DNA from: Sedimentisphaerales bacterium
GTDB taxonomy: Bacteria; Planctomycetota; Phycisphaerae; Sedimentisphaerales; SM23-30
Assembly (NCBI GenBank): GCA_963663965.2
Contig: CAXXFK010000006.1
Location: 1-64,000 of the forward strand
DNA: 64,000 nucleotides
Direction: 5' to 3'
Shown here: piece after piece, positions 29,667 through 40,751 of the stretch
Numbering within the stretch: the stretch's first letter is position 1
How the letters are laid out: each line of letters begins with the position of its first letter
Notes under the pieces: model-generated
Told to the model about the DNA's origin: nothing
Seen by the model: only the letters and a program-made list of their open reading frames with translations
Databases searched by the model: none
Program-made: the position numbers and the translations under genes

Positions 29667-30569
29667 ATGAGTGAAATGACTGCAATGACACATACCATAC
29701 TGGCTGAATTGGATATGACGATTGTGACCGGGTCAGGCCTGTGCCTGCTGGCGATCGGATTATTGTTTGTAATTATTTTGACGATTGCCTACAACAAACT
29801 CAAAGTGGAGCGCGATCCGATCGTGGAAGCCATCGAGGCGGTTTTACCCGGCGCGAATTGCGGCGGTTGCGGGCTGGCGGGTTGTTCGGCCTATGCCGAG
29901 GCGGTGGCGGTGGATCATGGTTTGATCGGGCGCTGTGGTCCCGGCGGTGATGAGCTGGTCCGTCAGATCGCGGCGGCGCTGGGCATCGAAGCGGCGGCTT
30001 CCGCGCCGATCCGCCCGGTCGTACATTGTTCGGCGCATACGGATGATTTGATTAACGCAGCAAACTATTTTGGCGTCAGCAGTTGCGCAGAGGCGCAGAT
30101 GATTGGCGGGGCAATCGATTGCCCTTATGGTTGCCTGGGCCAGGGAGATTGTGTCCGGGCCTGTGAATTTGACGCGATTCATATCGTGGATGGTCTGGCT
30201 GTGGTGGATTATGCCAGGTGTGTGGGCTGCGGGGCCTGCGCCAAGGCCTGTCCCCGGATGCTGATCGAGATGGTGGCCATGCAGGAAGATCCGCTGTTGG
30301 TGGTAGGCTGTTCATCTCGCGATGGCGCCAAGGAAGTACGCGGCTACTGTAAGGTTGGATGCGTTGGATGCAGTTTGTGCGCGAAAATGGCGCCTAATAT
30401 GTTCCAGATCAAACAGAAACTGGCCGTGATCGATTACGAAAAATATGGCTTGCCGGAAGAACGAGATAAAGCTACAGGCAAGTGTCCCCGCGCCATGCTG
30501 GTATATGTGGGAAAAAACGCAAGTCAAACGTCAGCCATTCCTGACAATGACAAGGCAACCAGCGTATAA
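29667..30569 (+). CDS. rnfB: Rnf complex subunit B
   Basis: LPGANCGGCGLAGC, CPYGCLGQGDCVRAC, CVGCGACAKACP, CKVGCVGCSLC. The true start may be a downstream Met. Confidence 0.93.
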   Translation: MSEMTAMTHTILAELDMTIVTGSGLCLLAIGLLFVIILTIAYNKLKVERDPIVEAIEAVLPGANCGGCGLAGCSAYAEAVAVDHGLIGRCGPGGDELVRQIAAALGIEAAASAPIRPVVHCSAHTDDLINAANYFGVSSCAEAQMIGGAIDCPYGCLGQGDCVRACEFDAIHIVDGLAVVDYARCVGCGACAKACPRMLIEMVAMQEDPLLVVGCSSRDGAKEVRGYCKVGCVGCSLCAKMAPNMFQIKQKLAVIDYEKYGLPEERDKATGKCPRAMLVYVGKNASQTSAIPDNDKATSV

Positions 30570-31492
30570 CAAAGTTGATTCTTCATGGAAGGATTATTAA
30601 GTGTTCTTTCATATACCCTGGTTAGAAGAAGATCAAGAAACGTCATCCTGACTTTATGCCTCTGTTGATAATCTGACGTTACCGTTTTGGGAGAACATAG
30701 AACCCGAGCGGTTGAAGCGCTAGAAGAGTTGGGTAATTGTTTCGAAAGGTGTTGGAGGCAGAGACTACGATCTGTTTACAAATTCGAGTCGGAATAAAAA
30801 AACTGGTAAAGTGATTACTAATTTCCATCAAAATCACACGATTATCTATTTTCACTTGCAATTACCCTGATACAATAAAACGTACATATATTATATAGGT
30901 CATTAGTTGCTTTTGAATGCCGTTCTGATTTGACGGTTTAAATGCGGTTCAAGTGTATCTAGCAGGTTGAATTGTGTCCGGTGTAGTGTGCGCATGGTGA
31001 TAGATGCCTGTGCTATGTCTGCGGATGGTTCGTGAAGTCATGCCATCTGTATGAACAGGTCGCCAGGACGATAGAAAGATATTTTTTGTAACAGGTATTG
31101 AAAGAAACATACAGGCGGATGAAATGCGAGCAGATCGAGTCTGGATGATACGGATTATTAGACCATCAATCAATGGCGGGACTGTTCAAGTGGGTATATC
31201 TTGAATGATGGTCATGATATACAGGACTATAAGGAGTGATATTATCTTGAAATATCAATCACAACCTGTCAGCAAATCCTGGTTTTATGCGGATAAGCGC
31301 TGGTCAGAACCCTGTCTGGATACGATCGAGAGGCGCTTTTTAAAACGAATGAATCTGGCCATCCGGCCCGGATTGGCCAAAAAACCGGAAAGGAGGTGTG
31401 TTTTCAGCTAAACCACAATACTTCCGTTGATCGATGTGACTGGAACATTGGTGCCCTTAATAGTAGAAGCATCTTAATGGAGGATCCGAACT

Positions 31493-33391
31493 ATGAAAAA
31501 TTTATTGAATCGATTTGTCTTGATTGGAATTTTATTAATTGGAATAGGGATGGCAGGGCCAGGCTGGTCCGAATTGGGAGTGGCCCGGTTTGATTACTGG
31601 TTGAATATTACAGGCGGGACCATCGCGGACCTGACCGGCATCGACGCATATCCGGACAATCCGGATGGTGGCTTTACGACAACGAGCATGGTAGGCCCAC
31701 GCCAATTTGATGAATCTTATGGCGCCCGTCTCAGCGCTTACCTGATTGCTCCAGTAACAGGAAACTATACTTTCTGGATTGCCAGTGATGATGCCGGTGA
31801 ATTGTGGCTCAGTCGCGATGATAATCCGGCGAATATCAAAAAAATCTGTGAAGTGACCACCTATGTGGAAAGCAATGCGTTCGATACTTACCCTGAGCAG
31901 AAATCTGGTCTGATTGCCCTTCAGGCGGGTGAAATTTATTACATCATGGCGCTGGTCAAGGAAAATACCGGAGAAGACAATCTTTCGGTGGCCTGGTCAT
32001 ATCCCGGCCAGGAACGGCTGATCATTGGCGGCAATGTCATTGCCGACAGTAATCCAAGACTGGCTTCACAGCCATCTCCCGTGGATTGGGCCGGCGATAT
32101 TCCCATCGAAGGCGTTGACTTGAGCTGGATCGGGCCACTGGAAGGTTTTGTGGATAATCCGGCTTATGATGTTTATCTTTACAGTGATCCGAACAATCCC
32201 ATCCAATTGCTGGAGAACAGTACGGAAACCACGGTATCTACCGGAGCGCTGGACTATGAAACTGCCTATATCTGGCGGGTGGATGTTCGGGATCCCAATA
32301 ATGGCGTTCCTGTCATCCGAACAGGTAAACTCTGGCATTTCACTTCAGTATCGCCCAAACCGTTTATTACGCAACAGCCTCAGAATACCTGGGTGGAGGC
32401 GGGAGGCGATGCGACACTGACCATTGAAGCCGAAGTCCCGGTGGCAGAATACCCTATTACCGGGTATGCCTGGTTTGAAGTGAGCGATCCCAATAACCCG
32501 GTAGCGACTACCCAGAATCTGGCATTAACCAATATCACCAGTGACGCGTCGTACTATTGCGAGGTGACCAACGCGAATGGAACCGTCACCAGCCAGATTG
32601 CCAATGTCATCATTAAACTCACTATTGCCCATTGGCCCTTTGAGGGGAATTTCACCGATATTGCCGGTGAACATGACGGAACGGCTCTTGGTACCGGGAC
32701 TCCGACCTTTACCCAGGGTGTTATCGGTCAGGCAGTGGAATTGAACGGAACAGACCAGTATATTCAGGTTCCCTGGTCGGCCGATCTGAATCCGACCAGC
32801 AGTTTTTCCGTGTCAGCCTGGGCCTATATCGAACCGGCGAGTGTCGGGCTTTATCGCACGGTCGTCAGTTGCCGCGATGACGGGCCGCAACGTGGCTACA
32901 TCCTGTACGCGACCGATGCCAACATCTGGTCATACTGGACCGGGCCGGGCTGGAACGCGACTAACGGCAGTACGGTGGCCACCGGAGTCTGGAATTTCCT
33001 GGTCATTACCTTTGACGTAACCCAGCGCGTATCAGACACACAGATCATTGGTAACAAATCGTTGTTTATTAATGGCGAACTGGCCGCTCAAACCCTCGGT
33101 GAGACCATGGACCTCAATACCCTTCGGGCGTTCCAGATCGGCGCCGGCGCGAACGAAGGCGCCAGCAAGAATTACTTCCTGGATGGACTGATCGACGATG
33201 TCCGGTTCTTCAATTACGCTCTGGACGCGCGCGAGGTCGCTCAGATGTATGTGGATGTTTATGAAGATGCCGTCATCTGTCTGAGCTATTCTCCGTACGA
33301 TCTGAATGAGGATTGCGTCGTCGATTTTCTCGACTTACAGGCGCTTGTTGCCAATTGGATGGAGTGTAACCTGATTCCCGAATGCCAGTAA
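31493..33391 (+). CDS. Secreted protein: PA14, Ig-like, LamG and C-terminal dockerin-like motif
   Basis: Signal peptide; TGNYTFWIASDDAGELWLS (PA14); ITQQP..YYCEVTN (Ig); HWPFEG..IDDVRFFNYAL (LamG); DLNEDCVVDFLDL..NWMEC. Confidence 0.88.
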   Translation: MKNLLNRFVLIGILLIGIGMAGPGWSELGVARFDYWLNITGGTIADLTGIDAYPDNPDGGFTTTSMVGPRQFDESYGARLSAYLIAPVTGNYTFWIASDDAGELWLSRDDNPANIKKICEVTTYVESNAFDTYPEQKSGLIALQAGEIYYIMALVKENTGEDNLSVAWSYPGQERLIIGGNVIADSNPRLASQPSPVDWAGDIPIEGVDLSWIGPLEGFVDNPAYDVYLYSDPNNPIQLLENSTETTVSTGALDYETAYIWRVDVRDPNNGVPVIRTGKLWHFTSVSPKPFITQQPQNTWVEAGGDATLTIEAEVPVAEYPITGYAWFEVSDPNNPVATTQNLALTNITSDASYYCEVTNANGTVTSQIANVIIKLTIAHWPFEGNFTDIAGEHDGTALGTGTPTFTQGVIGQAVELNGTDQYIQVPWSADLNPTSSFSVSAWAYIEPASVGLYRTVVSCRDDGPQRGYILYATDANIWSYWTGPGWNATNGSTVATGVWNFLVITFDVTQRVSDTQIIGNKSLFINGELAAQTLGETMDLNTLRAFQIGAGANEGASKNYFLDGLIDDVRFFNYALDAREVAQMYVDVYEDAVICLSYSPYDLNEDCVVDFLDLQALVANWMECNLIPECQ

Positions 33392-33440
33392 CCCCGTAGC
33401 AAAAATTATTTTTACGGAAATAATTTTGGAGGATATAACC

Positions 33441-35535
33441 ATGAAAAAAATATCTCTGATTTATTTAGCGCTGCTTTTAAGTTTGGTATTAACGGGAGTT
33501 GCCGCAGCGGTGGCGCCCGTAACAGACGGCCTGATTTTGCAGTTGGAAGCCAACGCGATTTCCGGCCTGGCCGATGGAGACTCGATCGCGGTGTGGCCGG
33601 CCAGTGTCGGCAGTGACGCGGTGGCCACCGGACCAACACCAGTCGTTTACAAGAGCAATCTCATTAATGGTTTGCCCGTTGTTCGTTTTGACGGCAACGG
33701 CGGCTATGTCAATTTTGATCCGATCGATGACATCCGTACGGTCTTCTGGGTGGTCAAAGAAGATGCCGATGTCAATAAAATCGATCAGGGCCAGTGGCGC
33801 CATCTGCTCGATGACGACGATACCTCCCATTTCCATCGCGGCACGGTAGCGCAGTCCACCGATGATTACTGTGCTATTATCTCTGATACGTGGGGCGGCT
33901 CGATCGGTTCCGGTGAAGGAGCCGATCGAATTCGAAACGGTATTGTTCAGATTAATGCCGTTACGGTTGATCCGCTCACCACATCGGTCCCGCGCGACCT
34001 GTCGATTCTATTCGTTCAATCCAGCAATGTGGTGAGCGCCAGTAATTTTTCTTATGATGTCGGACAGAGCGTGCTGCGCAGCTGGGATGGCGATCTGGCC
34101 GAGTTGTTGATATACAATCGAGTGTTAACCGCGGAAGAAATTCGTAATATCGGCGGTTATTTAACAGCCAAATATGGCCTGACAACCAGTTATGAAAGCT
34201 GGACACCTGTGACGCAAACGGCTCCGGCTGATGGCGCGATGGATGTCCCGCTCAATGTCTTGCTGGAATGGACCCCGCCGGCGGGAACAACATCACAAAC
34301 GATTTATCTGGCGCAGGAACCCAATCTGATCATGTTACCCGTTGCCACGCTGTCCGGTTCGGCGAATTCGTTTGATCCAGAGATCAAGTCAAACAGTACG
34401 TATTACTGGCAGGTTGCCAACTACGTCGGATCGACAAGCGATCCGAATAATTTATTTTTAAGTCCGGTATGGACATTCACTACGTTGAATGCCATTCCGG
34501 TATTCGATCCACCTTATGGTCAGCAGCCCCCCAGCCATGACGGCGGTCCTGGAAGGTCAGACCGTTCAACTGACGGCTATGGCAGGCGTTTCACCAGGAG
34601 CGGATACCGAGATCGATTATCAATGGTATAAAAATGATACGCTGCTTGACGGTGAAACTAATAGCAGTCTGATTATTACCGATGTATCCGCAGCGGATAA
34701 CGGCAGTTATGTCTGCAAAGCGACCAATAACGCTGGAACGGCCCATTCCGATCCCGCTGTATTGAAAGCAATCGTATTGATTGGTCACTGGCCTTTCGAT
34801 GGCAATTATAACGATGTCGTGAACGGCAATACGGGTACGGGTATCGGCAGTCCGGTATTTGTTGAAGGCATTGCAGGACAGGCTGTCAAATTCAATGGTC
34901 TGGGAGATCAGGCCGCCACATTGCCTACGGCCGCGATGGGTACCGATACCAACTTTACCTTGATGTTCTGGGAACTCCAACCAGAAAATGCCCCGGCCAA
35001 CAACCAGTATATGTGCGCCTCGGGATCTCCCAGTGGTCACGAAAGATTATATATGTGGGCCTGGCGCAATCCGGATTACGATTGCGATTATTATGGTAAT
35101 CTTTACGTCAACTATGGCGGAAACTGGGGGGCGATCCCGAGTCTGAACCAATATGCCCGGGGGCAGTGGCATTTCCATGCCCTGACCTTTAATGCCGAGA
35201 CCATGAACTGGCACTGGTATATTGATGGCATTGACAAGGGATATCGTACCTTAACCTCGTTTCCCGGGCTCGATACCCTGATCCATCTGGGTAATCGGAC
35301 CAACATGCAGCGGCCCTTCACCGGCGCCATTGATGATTTCCGGCTTTATAATCATGAACTGCCCCGTGAAGCGATTGCCGCCATTTACGCGGAGATTTCC
35401 GGTAAGTCTGTTTGTCTGGACCCGATCAGTGGCGATTTGAACGACGATTGCAAGGTCAATCTCGAAGACATTGCCCTGTTGGCTCTGGATTGGTTGGCAT
35501 GTAACAAGGTCCCCGAAACCGCATGCAGTGAATAA
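33441..35535 (+). pseudogene. Secreted LamG/Ig/LamG/dockerin-like protein, frameshifted at a C6 run (697 aa if repaired)
   Basis: ORF ending 34631 (..YGQQP) continues in ORF 34489..35535 (PAMTAVLEGQTVQL, YQWYKN, YVCKATN, HWPFDG, GDLNDDCKVNLED) if one C of 34527-34532 is removed. Confidence 0.85.
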
Positions 35536-35568
35536 ATACTACTAAACAGGCTAGACTGTTTATCTTTT

Positions 35569-35606
35569 AAAAAAGGCTCCGGGAACGATTTCCCGGGGCC
35601 TTGTTT
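35569..35606. terminator. Bidirectional intrinsic terminator between convergent genes
   Basis: AAAAAAGGCTCCGGGAA-CGAT-TTCCCGGGGCCTTGTTT. Confidence 0.75.
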
Positions 35607-35653
35607 GGTTATAAGAATAATGACCTGATCAGGGGGGCTCCGCGTGCCGGAAT

Positions 35654-35884
35654 TCAATCAGGATCCGGATCTGTATTATTGGAGCGATCTGCTTTGGCGA
35701 TCACTTCAAATTTCTTTTCAGCCTGTTCAAGAATAGACCGGCAATATTTGATCAGTTCCATCCCCTGGGCGTATTTTTCGATGGTCTGTTCAAGCGACAC
35801 TTTTCCACTTTCGACTTCGGCAACGAGCTTATCCAGCTCTTTCATGGCTTGTTCGAAGGTTTTTTTTGTTTCTTTTTCGGTCAT
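35654..35884 (-). CDS. xseB: Exodeoxyribonuclease VII small subunit
   Basis: TFEQAMKELDKLVAEVESGKVSLEQTIEKYAQGMELIKYCRSILEQAE. Confidence 0.92.
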   Translation of the reverse strand: MTEKETKKTFEQAMKELDKLVAEVESGKVSLEQTIEKYAQGMELIKYCRSILEQAEKKFEVIAKADRSNNTDPDPD

Positions 35885-35913
35885 GGTATTCGGTATCTGA
35901 GTAAAAGACATTT

Positions 35914-35950
35914 AAAAGAAACAGGAACCGAACGCATCGGTTCCTGTTTC
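35914..35950 (-). terminator. Intrinsic terminator after xylA
   Basis: Perfect 14-bp stem GAAACAGGAACCGA/TCGGTTCCTGTTTC followed by TTTT on the minus strand. Confidence 0.75.
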
Positions 35951-35971
35951 CTGGTTTATGGATTGAAATGA

Positions 35972-37282
35972 CTAAATATACTGGTTAAAAAGATTTTCGA
36001 GCATTTCCTGGCGGCCGGACTGAATTTCCGGTTCGCCATTCTTAATGGTATACTCTTCCAGTTCTTTGAAACCGACCTGACCTTTTTCGATTTTGGCGCC
36101 AATGCCCTTATCCCAGCCGGCGTAACGCTGTTTGATGAACTTTTCAAGTTTAGCATCTTTGAGCATATTAGCTGCGGATTTCAGACCACGGGCAAAGGCA
36201 TCCATACCACCGATATGGGCATGGAACAGATCGACCGGATCGATCGATTGTCGGCGGACTTTGGCGTCGAAATTAAGACCACCAGTAGTGAAACCACCAC
36301 TGCGTAAAATATGGTACATCGACAGGGTGGTATCATAAAGATCGGTGGGGAACTGATCGGTATCCCAGCCCAGGAGCAGATCGCCACGGTTGGCGTCAAC
36401 CGAACCCAGGATACCATTGGCGATACAAAATTCCAATTCATGCTGGAAGGTATGGGTCGCCAGGGTGGCGTGATTGGCTTCAATATTCATTTTGAAATGA
36501 TCGACCAGATTATATTTCTGCAGGAAGGCAAAACAACTGGCCGCGTCAAAATCGTACTGGTGTTTGGTGGGTTCCTTGGGTTTGGGTTCGATATAAAACT
36601 GGCCTTTGAAGCGAATCGCTTTTTTGTAATCGACGGCCATTTGCAGCAGGCATGCCAGATGATCCAGTTCACGGCCCATATTGGTATTAAGCAGCGTTTC
36701 GTAACCTTCCCGGCCGCCCCAGAAGACATAACCGAGACCACCGAGTTCTTTGGTGATCTCCATGGCCTTTTTCACCTGGCTGGCAGCATAAGCAAAGACA
36801 GCCGGAGATGGATTGGTGCTGGCGCCTGACATAAAACGGCGATGGCTGAACAGGTTGGAAGTTCCCCATAACAGTTTCACCCCGGTATCGCTCTGTAACT
36901 TTTTAGCTATTTTAACGATTTTGTCAAGCCGCTTATTGGTTTCAATCAGATTGTCCGCTTCGGGAGCGATATCGCGATCATGGAAGCACCAGAATTCTAC
37001 CCCCAATTTAGTAAAAAACTCAAAGGCCGCTTGCAGGGTGTCTTCAGCGATTTGCATGGGATCGCCAGAGGCATTGTATTCGCGGATAATGGTACCCGGT
37101 CCGAAGGGATCGCCGCCCAGACCTTTGAAGGTATGCCAGTAGCATACGGCAAAGCGGAGATGTTCGGCCATGGTTTTGCCCATGACCTTCTGGCGTGGAT
37201 TGTAATGCTTGAAAGATAATGGATTTTTGGAATCCGGGCCTTCATACTTAATCTTTTTTATGCCGGGAAAGAATTCTTGCAT
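35972..37282 (-). CDS. xylA: Xylose isomerase (class II)
   Basis: [71 protein letters not shown] before ATG 37282. Confidence 0.97.
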   Translation of the reverse strand: MQEFFPGIKKIKYEGPDSKNPLSFKHYNPRQKVMGKTMAEHLRFAVCYWHTFKGLGGDPFGPGTIIREYNASGDPMQIAEDTLQAAFEFFTKLGVEFWCFHDRDIAPEADNLIETNKRLDKIVKIAKKLQSDTGVKLLWGTSNLFSHRRFMSGASTNPSPAVFAYAASQVKKAMEITKELGGLGYVFWGGREGYETLLNTNMGRELDHLACLLQMAVDYKKAIRFKGQFYIEPKPKEPTKHQYDFDAASCFAFLQKYNLVDHFKMNIEANHATLATHTFQHELEFCIANGILGSVDANRGDLLLGWDTDQFPTDLYDTTLSMYHILRSGGFTTGGLNFDAKVRRQSIDPVDLFHAHIGGMDAFARGLKSAANMLKDAKLEKFIKQRYAGWDKGIGAKIEKGQVGFKELEEYTIKNGEPEIQSGRQEMLENLFNQYI

Positions 37283-37589
37283 GGGTGAAACCTCCATAAC
37301 AGGTGTCAGGACAAGATCAGGCCGTCAGGCCTGTAACAAATTACTTAATTTCGAAATTCCAGATGCTAATACTATATAAAGCAGATACGATTTGAGGCAA
37401 ATAAATAACGGAGCTATTATGAGGTTTTGTCGAAAAAAAGCGTTCAAATTTGACCATTGGGATATTTTTCGCCATGGTTTGCTGGAGGGCTGATAAGATC
37501 AGGCTGACAAATAACTTATTAATTCAATTGCAGTTATGTAATATATCCTGGCTTGTAATTCTAACGAGTTATTATTTGACCTGTTGTGA

Positions 37590-39794
37590 TTAATCATAAT
37601 CCATGGGTTCCAGTCTGGCATATTTAAGGACGAGTGTCTTTCGCTGGCCGGACTGGAATTGAACTTCCACTTTGCTGTTTTCACGCAATGGGATGACTTT
37701 GGTGATTTTCCCAATCCCCAGCGATGGATGACGTACCAGTTGATTGATCCGGAAGTTGGGGATGGCTTCATCATAGGAGGAGGGTCCGGCATCGATATCA
37801 CTTGAATCGTAGGTTAAATCGGAATCGTAGCTGTCATTGGAGCCTGAATCTTCCACCAGATCACGGGTGGAGGCTACCGGAGTGAATTGCAGACCGCTGA
37901 GGTGGCGGACGAACTGGGAACGAATCGTGGCGGCAGAAAAGCCATTGGTGGTTCGATTACGGGCACAGGTCAGATTTAAGAGACGCTGGGCTCGGGTAAT
38001 GCCGACAAACAACAGCCGGCGTTCTTCTTCCAATTCTGCTTTGTCGTTTTTACTGCGGCTGTGGGGTATCAGGCCTTCTTCGACGCCAACAATCACCACC
38101 ACCGGGAATTCCAGTCCTTTGGCCGAATGCAGGGTCATGAGTGAAACCGCGCCGCTTTCACTGTTATAGGCGTCTGAGTCGCTGGCCAGGGCGATCTGAT
38201 GCAGGTATTCCGGCAGGGCAGGATTTTCGTTTTCGCTTTCGAACTGGACAGCGGAGTTGATCAATTCCATCACATTCAAATGCGGCTCTTCGGTTTTTTC
38301 TGCTTTAAGGTTTTTTTGCAGACCGGTATTTTCGTACACGGTTCGAAGCAGATGAGAGACGCCGCCTTCCATTTCTTTTTTGAATCCGGCGATCATATCC
38401 GTGAAGAGCCGGATTTTGGATTTGGCGGCAGTATTGAGCGTGGCGATCTCATCAAGATGCTGAAGGGTATCCCAGATCGTCAGGCGGTTATGATGACAAT
38501 GTTCCAGGATACGCTGGATAGTGGTGTTGCCGATACCGCGCGTCGGTTTGTTAACGATGCGAGCGAACGAAACCTGGTCGGCCGGATTGACCAGAAAACG
38601 CAGGTAAGCGATCATGTCCTTGATTTCGGCGCGTTTAAAGAATTCCAGCCCTTTGACAATCTGATAGGGAATCCCGGCGCGGCGCATCGCGTCTTCCACC
38701 ACCCGGCTCATGGAATTGACCCGATAAAAGACCGCCATGTCACGGTAATCGATTCCATCGGCACGCCACTGTTTACAACGGCCGGCGATCCCGTCCGCTT
38801 CTTCGTATTCATTATAAAACTCGAGCATTTCAGGTTGAGCGCCGCTGGGGATGGCCGTGAAAAGGTTTTTATGTTTGCGGCGCGAGTTCTGGCGGATCAG
38901 GTCATCCGCCATTTGCAGCACTTCCGGAATACTGCGAAAATTTTCTTCCAGACGAACGACTCTGGCATTGGGGTAATCTTCTTCAAAAGCCAGGATATTG
39001 CCGATATCGGCGCCACGCCAGCCGTAAATAGACTGGTCGGGATCCCCCGTAACGAATAGATTGTGATGGTCGATGGTCAGGCCGCGGGCAATCTGGTACT
39101 GACAATGGTTAGTATCCTGATATTCATCCACCAGTACGAACTGATAGCGCCGGTTCAGTTCATGGCGAATCTCCGGCCGGTCGCGTAAAAGAAAGGCCAG
39201 TTTCATCAACAGATCATCAAAATCCAGCGCATTATTCGTGGTGAGTTGTTCCTGATACGCCTCATAAATCCGTTTAAAATGAGTAGCCCGGAAATCGTAC
39301 TCGAATTGTTTGGCGACATCATCAGGCAGCTTGAGATCGTTTTTCATGCTGCTGACTTTATAAAGCATGGCATTGGGAGGGAAATTCTGGGGATCGAGAT
39401 CGCAGACTTTGATGGCTTCACGCATGGCCGTTTTTTGATCGGCATCATCATAGATACTGAAATCGCCGGGTAGACCGGCTTCGGTGGCAAATTCACGTAA
39501 TAAACGGGCTGCCAGGCTGTGAAAGGTACATAATAGAGCGCCGCGAGGTACGCGCATGCCGGCCAGTCGATGTCGCATTTCTTCGGCAGCCTTGTTGGTA
39601 AAGGTAATCCCAAGAATATTCCAGGGCGCAACGCCCTGGCTGATCAACCAGGCGATTCGATGAGTAATTACACGAGTTTTGCCGCTGCCTGGGCCGGCCA
39701 AAACCAGGGCCGGGCCTTCAAAATGAGTAGCAGCTTCATATTGCGGCGCGGTCAGGCGCGACATCGATTCTTCAAGGGTGATCGCTCTGGTCAT
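37590..39794 (-). CDS. pcrA: ATP-dependent DNA helicase, UvrD/PcrA family
   Basis: AGPGSGKT, TFTNKAA, VDEYQDTN, GDPDQSIYGWRGA, TLHSAKGLEFP, EEERRLLFVGITRA, C-terminal Tudor-like VRHPSLGIG. Confidence 0.93.
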   Translation of the reverse strand: MTRAITLEESMSRLTAPQYEAATHFEGPALVLAGPGSGKTRVITHRIAWLISQGVAPWNILGITFTNKAAEEMRHRLAGMRVPRGALLCTFHSLAARLLREFATEAGLPGDFSIYDDADQKTAMREAIKVCDLDPQNFPPNAMLYKVSSMKNDLKLPDDVAKQFEYDFRATHFKRIYEAYQEQLTTNNALDFDDLLMKLAFLLRDRPEIRHELNRRYQFVLVDEYQDTNHCQYQIARGLTIDHHNLFVTGDPDQSIYGWRGADIGNILAFEEDYPNARVVRLEENFRSIPEVLQMADDLIRQNSRRKHKNLFTAIPSGAQPEMLEFYNEYEEADGIAGRCKQWRADGIDYRDMAVFYRVNSMSRVVEDAMRRAGIPYQIVKGLEFFKRAEIKDMIAYLRFLVNPADQVSFARIVNKPTRGIGNTTIQRILEHCHHNRLTIWDTLQHLDEIATLNTAAKSKIRLFTDMIAGFKKEMEGGVSHLLRTVYENTGLQKNLKAEKTEEPHLNVMELINSAVQFESENENPALPEYLHQIALASDSDAYNSESGAVSLMTLHSAKGLEFPVVVIVGVEEGLIPHSRSKNDKAELEEERRLLFVGITRAQRLLNLTCARNRTTNGFSAATIRSQFVRHLSGLQFTPVASTRDLVEDSGSNDSYDSDLTYDSSDIDAGPSSYDEAIPNFRINQLVRHPSLGIGKITKVIPLRENSKVEVQFQSGQRKTLVLKYARLEPMDYD

Positions 39795-40058
39795 AAGTCT
39801 TTATTATATAAATATATGGTTAAGTTTCGAGTTAATCGATAAAACTTCAATCATACCATCGAAATCGATGGCTGGCAAGATGTGGTTTTGAGGTTTTTTC
39901 CTGGACAAGATCAAATTTTACCATCCCGACTAAAATCAGTATTTTATCAATATAACGTAAGAATGAATATTATCCTGTTAAGACATCGCCAGAAGTCTAT
40001 AATAGAGCATAGAAGTGACATCGGTCGTGAAGCGGCCGGCATGATTCAGGTTTTGATT

Positions 40059-40700
40059 ATGACATTACAGAAATTGCAACGATATACCCTGGGCGAAGAA
40101 GTCGCCAACAGCCTGACACATGGCGCCGGGATTGGTTTAAGTATTGCCGGTCTGGTGATGCTAGTCGTTCAAGCCGTCAGGTTGGGTACTGTTTGGCATA
40201 TTGTGAGCTATTCGATTTTTGGTTCGATGCTGATTTTGTTATATCTGGCATCAACGTTATATCACAGTTTTCCCTGGGAGAAAGCCAAACGGATCTGCAA
40301 GATCCTGGATCATGCCGCCATATATCTTTTAATAGCTGGAACTTATACGCCATTTATGCTGGTTTGCCTGCGAGGCGGATGGGGGTGGAGTCTGTTTGGA
40401 GTGATCTGGGGATTGGCGCTTTTGGGGGTGGCGATGAAGATTGTTTTCATTGCCCGTTTCAAAGTGATTTCTTTGGTAGTTTATCTGGCAATGGGTTGGC
40501 TGTGTATTATTGCCGGTCGGGAAATGCTGCATAAATTGCCTTCGGTCAGTCTGGGCTTTTTACTGGCCGGGGGGTTGATCTATTCAATCGGTACGGTTTT
40601 CTATGTCTGGAAAAAACTGCCCTATGGTCATGCGGTCTGGCATATGTTTGTATTAGGCGGAAGTGTATTGCACTTTTTTGCGGTCTGGTATATTTTATAA
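40059..40700 (+). CDS. Hemolysin III / PAQR family membrane protein
   Basis: EEVANSLTHG, STLYH, LDHAAIYLLIAGTYTP, HAVWHMFV. Start may be 40041. Confidence 0.92.
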   Translation: MTLQKLQRYTLGEEVANSLTHGAGIGLSIAGLVMLVVQAVRLGTVWHIVSYSIFGSMLILLYLASTLYHSFPWEKAKRICKILDHAAIYLLIAGTYTPFMLVCLRGGWGWSLFGVIWGLALLGVAMKIVFIARFKVISLVVYLAMGWLCIIAGREMLHKLPSVSLGFLLAGGLIYSIGTVFYVWKKLPYGHAVWHMFVLGGSVLHFFAVWYIL

Positions 40701-40751
40701 TACGTCAACGTGCAATTTATTCGTAAAACCAGCATGAAAAAAGGATTGCTA

